Shown: positions 37,406-49,516 of the stretch, piece by piece
Numbering within the stretch: the stretch's first letter is position 1
Layout: each line of letters opens with the position of its first letter
NCBI RefSeq assembly: GCF_963921235.1
Contig: NC_086108.1
Coordinates: 86,864,001 to 86,928,000, forward strand
Reading direction: 5' to 3'
DNA length: 64,000 nucleotides
Source of the DNA: Mobula hypostoma
Taxonomy: Eukaryota
Notes under the pieces: generated by a model
Told to the model about the DNA's origin: nothing
The model's input: the letters and a program-made list of their open reading frames with translations, nothing else
Databases searched by the model: none
Program-made: the position numbers and the translations under genes

Positions 37406-39277
37406 TTTCATATTCAGAAGGGAGCAGGTTTGAATTTCAAATTATTTTGCTTAATATGTCATTGATATTAGAGACTAATGTGTGAATACATAAATACTGA
37501 GACAATTTTTTTCTATACTCTCATTGGAAAAGATAGCTCAGAGGGAGGCTGATTTAAGTGTCTCTCGCTAGGAATGGAAAAAAATGGCTGGAATCCCTAC
37601 TAGTCCTCACTATGCTTACTGGACGTTCAAGTATAAGAATTTAGGCAAGAACCAAATGCCCACTGACTTGATGCCCTGAACAATGGAAATTTCCTTCGTA
37701 GAGTATTTAATATTTCAAGGTACATTTGAGTAATGTTGTAAATATATTGTTTGACATAATTCATTGTAGGTCATTTGTAAAAAATATGTGAATGATGTAT
37801 GTCGTTATGCCGCCCTGTCATATGTACGTGGCACACTGAAGGAAAACTAATTACACAAGTTATCTCTGGCTCCTGTGTGTTTCCTTTCATTAGTTTCTAG
37901 AGTAACAAAACATAGCAGTAGTGATAAGGTAGTTTTAAAACAAATCCCAGTTGACTACCTAACTATTGAATCCCAGCACGTTTTTCTTTACAAGGGAAGA
38001 GTGAGAAGTTCATGTTTTTAAAAAAAAGTGTAGCACCTTTTTCTTCAGAAGGGGAAAGAATCATTTGAGATATTTTTTTAAATTGCAGCCCATTTTTCTT
38101 CAGAATAGCAAACAGACAGTTGTGTTTTTTAAAATCAGAAAATGGACAAAACTAACAAGCAGAAGTACAGCTGTGGGTTCATAAACAGATAATAAAAATA
38201 AATAAATAAATAAATAAATAAAAGTAGAAATAGCTAGCTACATTGAAAAGATGGATGCATTTGAGTGTATAACAGATAACTGCTTGATGTTTACTAAATG
38301 AATTGAGCAGTGTTTTAAAGCAAATGAAATAGCTAATGAAAAATGAGTGTCAGTGTTGCTGAGAGCAATTGGTGGAAAAACATACAATTCAGTTCGAAGT
38401 TTAACTGTTCCAACCAACCTACCACAATGAGCTTTGTTGCTATCATGAACATAATGCAGGAACATTTAGAACTGAAACCATTATTGATTGCAGGGTGCTT
38501 TAGGTTTCATAATCAGAATAAAAAGTAAGGGAAGTCTATTCCAGCTTATATGGCTGAATTGAAGAAATTGTCCAAGCATTGTTAGTTCAGTGATGAGCTT
38601 AATGAGGCATGGAGAGATTGCTTAGTTTTGTGGAATCCTTAAAAAAAGCACTTAAACACAGATCCTAAATGAAGCTCAACTCAAATTTAAAAGACCAGTT
38701 GAATTTGCTGTATCAATGGAAATAGCAGCCCAAGATGCAATTGATTTGCAGTCAGGAATGAAAGTGAGTTTGAAAAATATTGCAATGCCTAAACAGAAAT
38801 CTGTCTGGCCGAATGATTTGTGTTACCATTGTGGCAGGGGCTCACATGTATGTACCAGACCAATGCAGGTTTAAAAGTGAAACTTGCAGAATATGCAAAC
38901 AATGTAGGACACATACAAAGAGCATGTCAGGCAGACAAAAATAAATGGACTGCACAGGGAAGAGAAAAAGATAAAAAGTCAAGTTGAAATTTCAAAAAGA
39001 GCACTAATCAGCATGCTGCTGATTAAAAATGTGATCATGATGAGAGTGACACAAGACTGAGTAGACTTGAGATTTACAGTGTAAGAACTAAGAGGAGACA
39101 AGCAATATGGCTTACACCAGATGTGAATGGCAAGTTAATTAAAATGGAATTGGACACTGGCTCAGCTCATTGAGTCATTCCACAAAATGAGTTTGAACAG
39201 TATTTCAAAACTTCTGAACCGAAGCCTACAGATATCCAACTAAGAACATATACTGGAGGAAAGATAACTCCTGTGGG

Positions 39278-40300
39278 AATCAGAATCACTTTATTGCCAG
39301 TATATGAGACATACTAGAATTGATTGCAGTTCAGTGCCAAGCATAAAACACAGGTTGATACCATAACAGACAACATAATAGCAACCAGCAATTTACAAGA
39401 CAACAATGGAAACAGCCATGAGCAATCAACAGTTAGCAGAACAGTCACAAGCGAAAACGTCAATAATGACATTTAAATACATGTAAGCATATGTACAGAC
39501 TCAATAGTTATCAGCAGAACAAGGAGAGCAGGAAAGCCCATTTAGCGGATATTGTGCGGGGACATCTAGCATATTATACCTGAGTGAGTTTTGTAGACAA
39601 GCTGGATAGCTACAGGAATGAAGCTTCAGAGAAGACATGGACCTCTGGTGGCAATTTGGTGAATAGGTGATAGAGTCAGCAGTAATTTGTCCAGCTCTTT
39701 ACTTCACTCTGGCAATGAACAGGTCTTTTACTGTGAGTAGTTGACAGCCAACAATCTTCTCCGCTGTGTGGACCACTCGTTGCAACCTGGAGTTGTACAG
39801 GGAGGAGGTGGCAGGAAACCAAACAGTGGTAAAGGTGGTCACAACACTCTCAATGGTGGCTGAGTAATAATTTATCGCTGTACGCCCTGAGATGCTAAAT
39901 TTCCATAACTGGCAGAGGAAGAACAATCATTGCTGGGCTTTCCTGGTGATGAGCATAACATGCTTGTCCCAGTTCCGTGTATTGGTAATGGTAGTCCCCA
40001 GGAATTTGAATGACTTGACCATAGGCACGGCCTGACCACTAATTTCCAACAAGGTGGTGGGAGGTAGGGGGTCATTGGTGGAGATCAATCCTCATTTCTG
40101 CTGTCTAGATAGAAGTAAGCTCCAAATTGTTATGAGCGCACCTTGCTGCAAGATAGCCTACCACTCTTTGATAACAGGTCGCATCATTTGTTAGAGATAA
40201 AACCAACTGCAGTTGTGTCATCTGCAAACTTTAAGATTTTAATGGATTTGTCTGTGGAGGTACAGTCATTTGTATAAAGTGAGAAGTGGAGGGTTAAGAG
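39278..40300 (-). mobile_element. Rex1/Babar-like LINE fragment inside the Gypsy
   Basis: KFADDTTAVG, YYSATIESVVT, LQRVVHTAEKIVG; GAATCAGAATCACTTTATT tail. Confidence 0.8.
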
Positions 40301-41869
40301 AGCCTATGCTTATAGACATATGAACGTTCAACAAGACACATTGGGCTTGTATGTGGTAAAACGTGGGGGCCAGAATTGTGGGGCCGTGATTGGCTAAGAC
40401 GCTTACAACTGGATTGGAGATCCATCCACCACTCACATGACACATCCCCGCAGCAGAGTCAACTGAAAGCAAATTAAGAAAGGTTCAGGATGATGCCACA
40501 GCAGTGTTCAAGAATGGCATTGGAAAACTCAAACATACCAAAGGTAAAATAGTGTTAAATGAAAATACCAGACCCAAGTTTTATAAAGCCCATCCAGTTC
40601 CTTATAGCATCCTTGATAAGGTACCCAGTGAGCTATATGGCATGGAGGATGAAGGAATTATTTCCAAGGCTGAGTGAAGCCCATGGACAATGCCATTTGT
40701 CCCAGTAGTCAAAAAGAATGGGTCTGTCAGGATCTACGGTAATTTTAAGGTCCCCATCCACCCAGTGCTGATAGTAGATCAATATCCTCTGCTCTGGACA
40801 GTGGATATTTTGCAAACCTTTCGGGAGAGAAACACTTCAGCAAATTGAACTTAGCTGAGGCCTACCTACGGATGGAGATGGAAGAAGAGTCCAAAGTGTT
40901 TCTTGCCATATACACTCACAAAGAGCTTCATCGCTAAAATAGGCTTATTTTTGGAGTAGCTTCTGCACCTGCTTTCTGACGGGAAGTTATGGACCAGGTG
41001 CTTTAAGGCTGCCCAGGCACTCAGTGTTACCTGCATGTCATCTTTGTTACCAGTGAGGACAACGAGGAACATCTCAAGACAGCATTAAAAAGATCAGAAG
41101 ATTATCCGCTCAGATCACAATGCAACATGTGTACATCCTTTGAACCAAGCATTACATACTGTGGTCACACTATTAACCCACAAGGGTTATACAAGTATGC
41201 TGAGAAAATTCAAGCAGTGGTAGATGACCCAGTGCCAAAGGATATGTCATAATTGTGGTCCCTTTTAGGATTTGTCAATTATTATAATGGGTCCCTGTCA
41301 AACCTGGCTACTGTTCTCCACTCCTTGAACTCGTTACTACACATCAGGAAGAAATAGCAATGAACAAAGCAGTGAGAGGTGATTTTCCAAAAGATAAAGA
41401 AAATGATGATGTCAGATACTGTACTCACACATTATGATCCACATCATCCAATGAAACTTTCCCGTGACATCTTGTCTTATTGTACAGGTGCAGTCATGTC
41501 ACATGTTAAGAGTAATGGAAGTGAACTTTGTATCACGTTCAACTACCACTGCAGAGAAAAATTACATACAGATCGACGGAGGGTCCTTGAGTCTGGTTAG
41601 GGGTGCAGAACATTTCAACTAGTAATTGTATAGGAGAGAGTTTACCCTCATTACTGACCCAGTGTCTATTTTCAATCCCGATAAGGGAATTCCAGGAACA
41701 GCAGCAATATGAATGCAAAGATGGAACCTGTTTCTTGGAGGAACAAGATCGAATTCAAGCGGACAACTAATAATGGGAATGTTTACCCTTGTAGACTCCT
41801 TGCTATGGCAGAGATGATCCAAAGAGAAGCCAGAAGACACCCTACACTGTTTCAGGTCTACATGGAAAC

Positions 41870-42423
41870 CCAAAATGTCTACAATGCCTTTAAGTGGAAA
41901 TCCTACAAAAGGTAGTGAATTCAGCCCAGTATATTATGGGTAAAGCCCTCACAACCATTGAGTACATCTACATGAAACACTGTCACAGGAAAGCAGCATC
42001 CATCATCAGAGATCCCCACCACCCAGGTCATGGTCTCTTCTTGCTGCTGCCATCAGGTAGAAGGTATAAGAGCCTCAGGACTCACAACACCAGGTTCAAG
42101 AATAGTTACTACCCCTCAATCATCAGGCTCTTGAATGAAAGGGGTTAACTACATTCACTTGCCCCATCATTGAAATGCTTCCCTAACCAATGATCTCACT
42201 TTAAGGGCTCCTTATCTCATTATCTCATGTTCTCATTATTTATTGCTATTTATTTATAATTGTGTTTGCAGTTTGTTGTCTCCTGCACTCTGTTGATCAT
42301 TCACTGATCATTCTATAGTTACTATTTTATACATTTGCTGAGTATTCCCTCAAGAAAATGAATCTCGGGGTTGTATATGGTGACATAAATGTAATTTGAT
42401 AATAAAACTTACTTTGAACTTTA
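41870..42423 (+). mobile_element. Rex1/Babar-like 3' end inside the Gypsy
   Basis: HHPGHGLFLLLPSGRRYKS; TTTGAACTTT tail. Confidence 0.88.
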
Positions 42424-43283
42424 GAATGTGCAACAGAATTTCCAGTTCACAAATCCTTACCAGCGCTGGGATGAACTTGTCCTTGATGAAGGTTGCCTTA
42501 TGTGGGGAATGAAAGTTGTTGTACCATCCAAGCTGAGAGTTAAATTCTGCAAGAGCTGCATGCCAGTTACATGAAAGCATTGGCTTGAAGCTTTGTCTGG
42601 GGGGCTGGGATAGGTCGAGCAGCTTGCCATGCACTGTTTGCACTGCCAACACATCCAGAAGTTGCCAAGAGCTGCGCCTCTCCATCCCTGGGCATGGCCT
42701 ACATTGCCCTGGCAGAAGATTCATGTGGATTTTGCCGGACCATTCATGGGCATAAATCTCTCAGTAGTACAAAATGGCCAGGAGAGTTCCCAAAAGCGTC
42801 CACTACAGCCTGACACACTGATGTTGAGAAGCCTCTTCGCAGGGACTGGTGTCCTGAAATACCTAGACAGTGTCAATGGACCACAGCTCATTGCGGGATG
42901 GTTTCAGTCATTCCTGACAATTAATAGAATAAGACATATTATAACTGCACCATACCAACCAGCTTCAAATGGCTTTGCAAAAAAAAGGTTTGTTCAGAAT
43001 CCAAAAAAATGCACTGCAAGCAACGTCAGCAGAACACACTACAATGACACTGAATCAGAACCTCGCCAACTTCTTCCTCCCATATCGCAATGCAGCACAC
43101 TCCACAATCAATAACTCACCAGCTATGCTGCTCCTTGGTCAGCCCTTGCCCTCATGCTTACATCTGCTCAAGCTCAATCTCAGGAGAAGTATGCAGGACA
43201 AACAGTTGAGACCAAGGGGGCTCCTCAGGCAAGGAAGTTCAGTGTGTCTTGGAGAGGGGCTAAAGAGGTGATTAAAACTGGGT

Positions 43284-43487
43284 CACACAAACAACAGGAA
43301 TTCTGCAGATGCTGGAAACTCAAGCAACACACATCAAAGTTGCTGATGAACACAGCAGGCCAGGCAGCATCTCTAGGAAGAGGTACAGTCGACGTTTCAG
43401 GCCGAGATCCTTTGTCAGGACTAGATAGTACTAGATAGTACAGGACTGTGGTCCTGATGAAGGGTCTCGGCCTGAAACGTCGACTGT
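43284..43487. mobile_element. Inverted Penelope terminal-repeat pair
   Basis: TSD AT(T/C)AAAACTGGGT at 43271-43283 and 43488-43500. Confidence 0.88.
43451..43486 (+). ncRNA. Minimal type I hammerhead ribozyme motif
   Basis: GTC-CTGATGA-AGGGTCTCGGCCT-GAAAC-GTC-GAC; catalytic core intact. Confidence 0.75.
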
Positions 43488-43869
43488 ATCAAAACTGGGT
43501 ACTTGGAATGAATAAGGATAAAACTAGACCACTAGACACAGTGGAGATTGTGTCTGATGTCATCTGGAGACAACACACTGATCAGTTGAGGACAGCAGAG
43601 CCAAATGTTGGAGAAAAATGGTGTCTGGAGCTGTCAGAATCACTTCATACAGTCCCAGAGCCAACTGCTACAACCACCGCAGAAGAATGCCCAGTATCTA
43701 AAATTGTTTCGCAGCCACAAGTGTCAGCTGCTAAGAAAAGTGAACCCCCCCTTGTCAGGAAAGATGTTATCCCACAAGAGTAAGAAATCCTTCACAGTGA
43801 TCAAATCATTAGGTCTGAATGAGAATATTTTAAATTAACTTTGCAGTAGTTGTCTATATAGTGTAAAAC

Positions 43870-44557
43870 CTCCCGGGAGGCAGGAGAAGATGGCGGCGTG
43901 ACAGCAGCGCGCGCAGCCACTTCGGTGATGATATCTGTTATCTGTCAAGTAGGGGACCGTGCACAATTCTGATTTGATGGAGACAAACGTGACAGTACGG
44001 AGGAACATCTGGAAAATTTCTGAAATGTCCACTTCGCTGCCGCTGCTACTGTGTGGTAACCAGAATCTCCGGAGCTGAAGGCCCTGAAATCCTCGGCTTT
44101 GCGTGTTTCAGCGGCAGGGGAGAGGTCGAAGGCACTCAGCAGAGGATGGCGCTCGGGAGGCTGTATCGGAGAGGCTGTTCGGAAGCTCAAAGTTTTCAGA
44201 CGGCTGGACTTAGTGTCGGCTGTGGTCAGCTGCTTCCAAAGTATCAGCAAGTTGACGGTGCCTGGAGGTTTATGGCAGGGAGTTTCTCCCTTTTGCTGCC
44301 TGCTATCAGGGACTCGGGAGTCGATCGACTCGGGACTTTGAGACTTTTTTTTTCTGTGCCCATGGTCTGTTCTTCATCAAATTATTGTATTGTTTTGCAC
44401 TGCTGTAACTATATGTTATAATTATGTGGTTCTGTCAGTGTTAGTCTTTGGTCTGTCCTGTTTTCTGTGATATCGCTCCGGAGAAACATTGTATCATTTC
44501 TTAATGCATGTATGCATTTCTAAATGACAATAAGAGAGGACTGAGTGTTCTCATAAT
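43870..44557 (+). mobile_element. ~0.7-kb non-autonomous LINE-derived element
   Basis: AAGATGGCGGCG head; AATAAGAGAGGACTGAGTGTTCTCATAAT end; second copy at 6339-8702. Confidence 0.8.
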
Positions 44558-44924
44558 TTAATAAACTGTAGGTGTATAGTGTGTTTAATATTTCAGTAAT
44601 ATTTGAGTAAAATTGTAAATATATTGTTTGATTAAGCATTTTTGGTTTGTTTACTTAATGTATTGTGTGTTATATGTAAGAAATATGTGAATGGCATATG
44701 TTATTATGCCACCACATCATATGTGCATGCATCACTGAAGGATATCTAAGTAGATAAAGTTATCCACAGCTCCTGTGTTTTTCTTTCATTTAGTTTCTGG
44801 AGTTACAAAACTTAACACCCTTTGACAAAATAATAGGTGGAGAAGAGGAGAAAATAGAAATAAAAGCTGGAGAAATAAACCAGAGGAAAGGGTACTTGTC
44901 TCTTCATATTCCTTGCATCACTTA

Positions 44925-45618
44925 CACCCCTCTTTACATCAGTGGCTCAGCATTGGAAACTGCGAATAGTTTCAAACTTCTGGGAGTGAACTTCTCAGAA
45001 AACTGCTCATGCATCTTGCACAATCAAGAAAGCACACGCACCAATGCCTTTACTTTCTGAAGAGGCTAAAGAGAGCTGGACTATGTGCATCAGTACTCAC
45101 TTCTACGGATGCATAGTAGAGAACATCATGAATAGTCAAAACCGCCCAACACAACACTCCCACCAGCCTACTTGCCATCAAGGGTATATCTGCAGAAAAG
45201 TGCTGGATAAGGGCCAGCAGTTTCATAAAAGATCTAACACGGATCTCATGGATATCTGCCCCAGTTCCATCAGGGAGGAGGCTACACAACATTTATGCCA
45301 GGCCCATTAGACTCAAAAACAGTTGCTTTCCTCAAGCAGAAAGTCTAATCAATACTTCCACCTACTAATCTATCCCACCTCCAGTACTTTATCATTGCCT
45401 GTCAGAATCACCTTATGTACAGACAATCCTGTGCCTAGCATCACTTCATGGACATTGAATCAATCCATGATTACAAGCTGTCTTATGTATTTATATTTAT
45501 TGTGTTTCTTTTTATTATAGTTGTGTTTTTTACTGTTTTTTGGCATCATGTCCAGAGTAACAATTATTCAGTTCTGTTTACAGTGGACTACTGTAAATGA
45601 CATTAAACAATCTTGAAT
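44925..45618 (+). mobile_element. Old Rex1/Babar-like 3' part
   Basis: FKLLGV, FYGCIVENI remnants; ATTAAACAATCTTGAAT tail. Confidence 0.75.
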
Positions 45619-45625
45619 TTATCAT

Positions 45626-45734
45626 CGCGAGGAAATCAGCAGATATTGGAAATTCAAGCAACACACAGCAGGCCAGGCAGCATCTATAGGAAGAGGTACA
45701 GTCGACGTTTCAGGCCGAGACCCTTCGTCGGGAC
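45626..45734 (-). mobile_element. Penelope terminal repeat whose boundary is the hammerhead
   Basis: CAGTCGACGTTTCAGGCCGAGACCCTTCGTCGGGAC. Confidence 0.8.
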
Positions 45735-45757
45735 ACCATATCCACCATATCCAAAAT

Positions 45758-47112
45758 TCACTTTATTTTACTATATTGACGCCAAACAATTGACACTAGA
45801 GCATACAATCATCACAGCGATATTTGATTCTGCGCTTCACGCTCCCTAGATTACAAATCGATAGTAAATATTAAAAATTTAAATTATAAATCATGAATAG
45901 TAAATAGAAAAGGGAAAGTAAGGTAGTGCAAAATTAAAGCACCGAGAGGCAGGTCCGGTTATTTGGAGGGTACAGCCCAGATCCGGGTCAGGATCCGTTC
46001 AGCAGGCTTATCACAGTTGGAAAGAAGCTGTTCCCAAATCTGGCCATATGAGTCTTCAAGCTCCTGAGCCTTCTCCCGGAGGGAAGAGGGACGAAAAGTG
46101 TGTTGGCTGGGTGGGCCGTGTCCTTGATTATCCTGGCAACACTGCTCCAACAGCGTGCAGTGTAAAGTGAGTCCAAGGGCGGAAGATTGGTTTGTGTGAT
46201 GTGCTGCACCGTGTTCATGATCTTCTGCAGCTTCTTCCGGTCTTGGACAGGACAACTTCCATACCAGGTTGTGATGCACCCTAGAAGAATGCTTTCTACA
46301 ATGCATCTATAAAAATTAGTGAGGGTTTTAGGGGACAGGCCAAATTCCTTTAGCTTTCTCAGGAAGTAAAGGCGCTGGTGGGCCTTCTTGCCAGTGGACT
46401 CTGCTTGGTTGGACCAAGTCAGGTCATTTGTGATATTGACCCCGAGGAACTTAAAGCTTCTGACTTGTTCCACTTGCGCACCACCGATGTAAATTGGGTC
46501 ATGCGGTCCGCTACTCCTTCTGAAGTCAACAACCAATTCCTTCATCTTGCTGACGTTGAGGGAGAGGTTATTGTCTTCGCATCATGCCACCAGGTTCTTA
46601 ATTTCCTCTCTGTACTCAAACTCATCATTACCCGAGATATGGCCTACAATTGTGGTGTCATCAGCAAACTTATATATTGAGTTTGATGGAAACTTGGCTA
46701 CACAATCATGGGTGTACAGTGAGTACAGCAGGGGGCTGAGTACACAGCCTTATGGGGCACCGGTGTTCAGAGTGATTGTAGAGGAGATCTTGTCCCCTAT
46801 TTTTACAGCCTGGGTCCTGTCTGTGAGGAAGTTGAAGATCCAGCTGCAGATCTGAGTGCTAAGGCCCAGGTTCCGGGGCTCAGGAATCAGTTCATTTGGA
46901 ATGATGGTATTAAAGGCAGAGCTGTAGTCAATGAGAAGGAGCCTTACATATGCGTCTTTATTCTCCAGATGTTCTAAGGAGGAACGTAGGGCCAGAGAGA
47001 TGGCATCTGCCATTGACCTGTTGCTCCGGTAGGCGAATTGCAAAGCGTCAAGGCTGTGGTTGATGTGTGCCATAGCCAATCGCTCGAAGACTTCATAGCA
47101 ATTGATGTCAGA
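45758..47112 (-). mobile_element. Young Rex1/Babar-like LINE, 3' half
   Basis: ORFs 46750-47154 and 45988-46545; 14-bp TSD ACCATATCCAAAAT. Confidence 0.92.
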
Positions 47113-48811
47113 ACCATATCCAAAATGCTTCAATCTTATTCTCTTTGAAAGCAAATTACATTATTGAACCTTTGAAAGCAAATTAAATTATTGAGCTATA
47201 TTTTGAAACTGTTAAACAAGAGCTGATATGTTAATGGGGACAAGAGCACTATATTGTTAAAACATAGACAAATCTACCAAGTGCAATGCCTCATCTAAAA
47301 GGACAGGCAGATGATAGGACAAAACTGCAGTCAGTGGGATGAGTTGCAGTGTAATGTGGAAGACAAAATCTAAAAGAGTGATGAATACAGGGCTGAAGGT
47401 GTTACATTTGAATGCATGCAGTATACAGAATAAAGTAGATGATAGTGTAGTGTAGTTAGAGATTAGTAGGAGTGACATTGTAGGCATGACTGAATCATGA
47501 CTGAAAGAAGATCATAGTTGGGAGTTTAACATCCTAGGATACACATTGTATTGAAAGGATAGGCAGGTAGACGACTAGGTCAGCTCTGTTGGTAAACATT
47601 GAAATCAAAATCTTAGAAAGAGATGACATAAGATTGGAAGGTGTAGAATCCTTGTGAGTAGAGTTAAAAAACTGCAAGGGTAAAAAATAATTTATGTAAG
47701 TTATATACAGATCTCAGAACAGTAGCCAGGATGTGGGCTACAAATGCAATCTTACAAAGATAGAAATGCATGTCAAAAGGACAGTGTTATGATAGTCATA
47801 GGGGATTTCAATATGCAGGTAGATTGGGAAAATCAGGTTGGTTCTAGATCCCAAGAGAAAAAATTTATTGTATGTCTACAAGTAGGCTTTTTAGAGCCCA
47901 CTAGGTGAAAGGCAATTCTGGATTGGGTGTTGTGTAATGAATCGGATTTGATTAGGGAGCTTATGGTAAGGGAGCATTAGGAAGCAGTGGTCATAATGTT
48001 TTAGACTTCACCCTACAATTTAAGATGGAGAAGCCAAATTCAGATATATCATTACTGAGAGAGGAGCTGGCCAAAGTTATTAGAAGGGGACGCAAGTAGG
48101 GATGTCTGGAGCTTCCAGAAGCCATTCAGAAGGCACAGAATCGATACTTAACAAAGATTAAGAAGTATTCTAAAGGCAGTTTGATGCAACAGTGGCTGAG
48201 AAGGGAAGTCAAAAATAACATAAGAGGAAAAGGGAAGGCATGTAAAAGAGAAAAAAATATTGGGAAGTTCGAGGATTAGGAAGTTCTCAAAAAGCAACTG
48301 AAGGCAACTAAAATAGCCATAAGGAGGAAAGTGATGAATTATGAAGTTAAGCTAGGCTATAATATCAAAGATACCAAATGTTTCTTCATATTTATAAAGA
48401 TTAAAAAGAGGCAAAAGTAAATATTGGACTGCTAGAAAATGATGCTGCAGAGGCAGTAATAGTGAAAAAGAAAATGGTGGATGAACAGAATAAGTATTTT
48501 GCATACGTCTTCACCGTGGAAGATACTAGCAGTATAGTGGCAGTTTTGAGAGTCAGGGGGCAGACTGAGTGCCATTATTATTACTAGGGAGAAGATGCTT
48601 GGGAGCTGAAAGGTCTGAAAGTGGTTAAGTCCCTTGATCAGATGGACTACACCCCAGGATTCTCAATGAGGTGCCTGAGGAGATTTGGGAGGCATTGGTC
48701 TGATACTCCACTCTTCAAGAAGGGAGGAAGGCAGAAGAAAAGAAATTGTAGGGCAGTTAGTCTGACCTCAGTGGTTGTGAAGATGCTAAAGACAATTGTT
48801 ATGGATGAGGT

Positions 48812-49397
48812 AAACATGAGGAATTCTGCAGATGCTGGAAATTCAAGCAACACACATCCAAGTTGCTGGTGAACGCAGCAGGCCAGGCAGCATTTCTCGG
48901 AAGAGGTACAGTTGACGTTTCGGGCCGAGACCCTTCGTCAGGACTAACTGAAAGAAGAGCTAGTAAGAGATTTGAAAGTGGGAGGGGGCGGGGGAGATCC
49001 AAAATGATAGGAGAAGACAGGAGGGGGAGGGATGGAGCCAAGAGCTGGACAGGTGATTGGCAAAAGGGATATGAGAGGATCATGGGACAGGAGGCCCAGG
49101 GAGAAAGAAAAGGGGGAGGGGGGGAAAACCCAGAGGATGGGCAAGGGGTATAGTCAGAGGGACAGAGAGAGAAAAAGGAGAGAGAGAGAGAGAAAGAATG
49201 TGTATATATAAATAAATAACAGATGGGGTACGAGGGGGAGGTGGGGCATTAGCGGAAGTCTGAGAAGTCAATGTTCATGCCATCAGGTTGGATGTTACCC
49301 AGACGGAATATAAGGTATTGTTCCTCCAACCTGAGTGTGGCTTCACCTTTACAGTAGAGGAGGCCGTGGATAGACATGTCAGAATGGGAATGGGATG
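48812..49397 (-). mobile_element. Penelope-like element 3' end
   Basis: RLEEQYLIFRLGNIQPDGMNIDFSDFR; hammerhead at 48909-48945; imperfect TSD TGGATGA(G/T)GT. Confidence 0.88.
48909..48945 (-). ncRNA. Minimal hammerhead ribozyme motif
   Basis: AGTC-CTGACGA-AGGGTCTCGGCCC-GAAAC-GTC-AACTG; one stem I mismatch. Confidence 0.7.
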
Positions 49398-49516
49398 TGG
49401 ATGATGTTTCAGGGTATTTGGAGATACATGATAAAATAGGGCAAAGTCAGCATGGCCTCCTAAGGGAATATCTTCCACACAAATCCACAGGAATTCTTTG
49501 AGGAAAGAACAAACAG

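Larger units (their letters stand above)
37697..44817 (+). mobile_element. Full-structure, decayed Gypsy (Mag/K02A2.6-like) LTR retrotransposon
   Basis: LTRs ~37697-37917 and ~44575-44817; TSD TCCTT/CCCTT; degenerate PBS GTAGTGATAAGG; gag IEQCFKANEI with zinc knuckle; protease MELDTGS; RT ~40480-41300; integrase PWQKIHVDFAGPF, APYQPASNG. Confidence 0.9.

Noticed and set aside
38190..38225. (AAAT)n microsatellite
   Set aside because: Ordinary simple repeat in the Gypsy leader.
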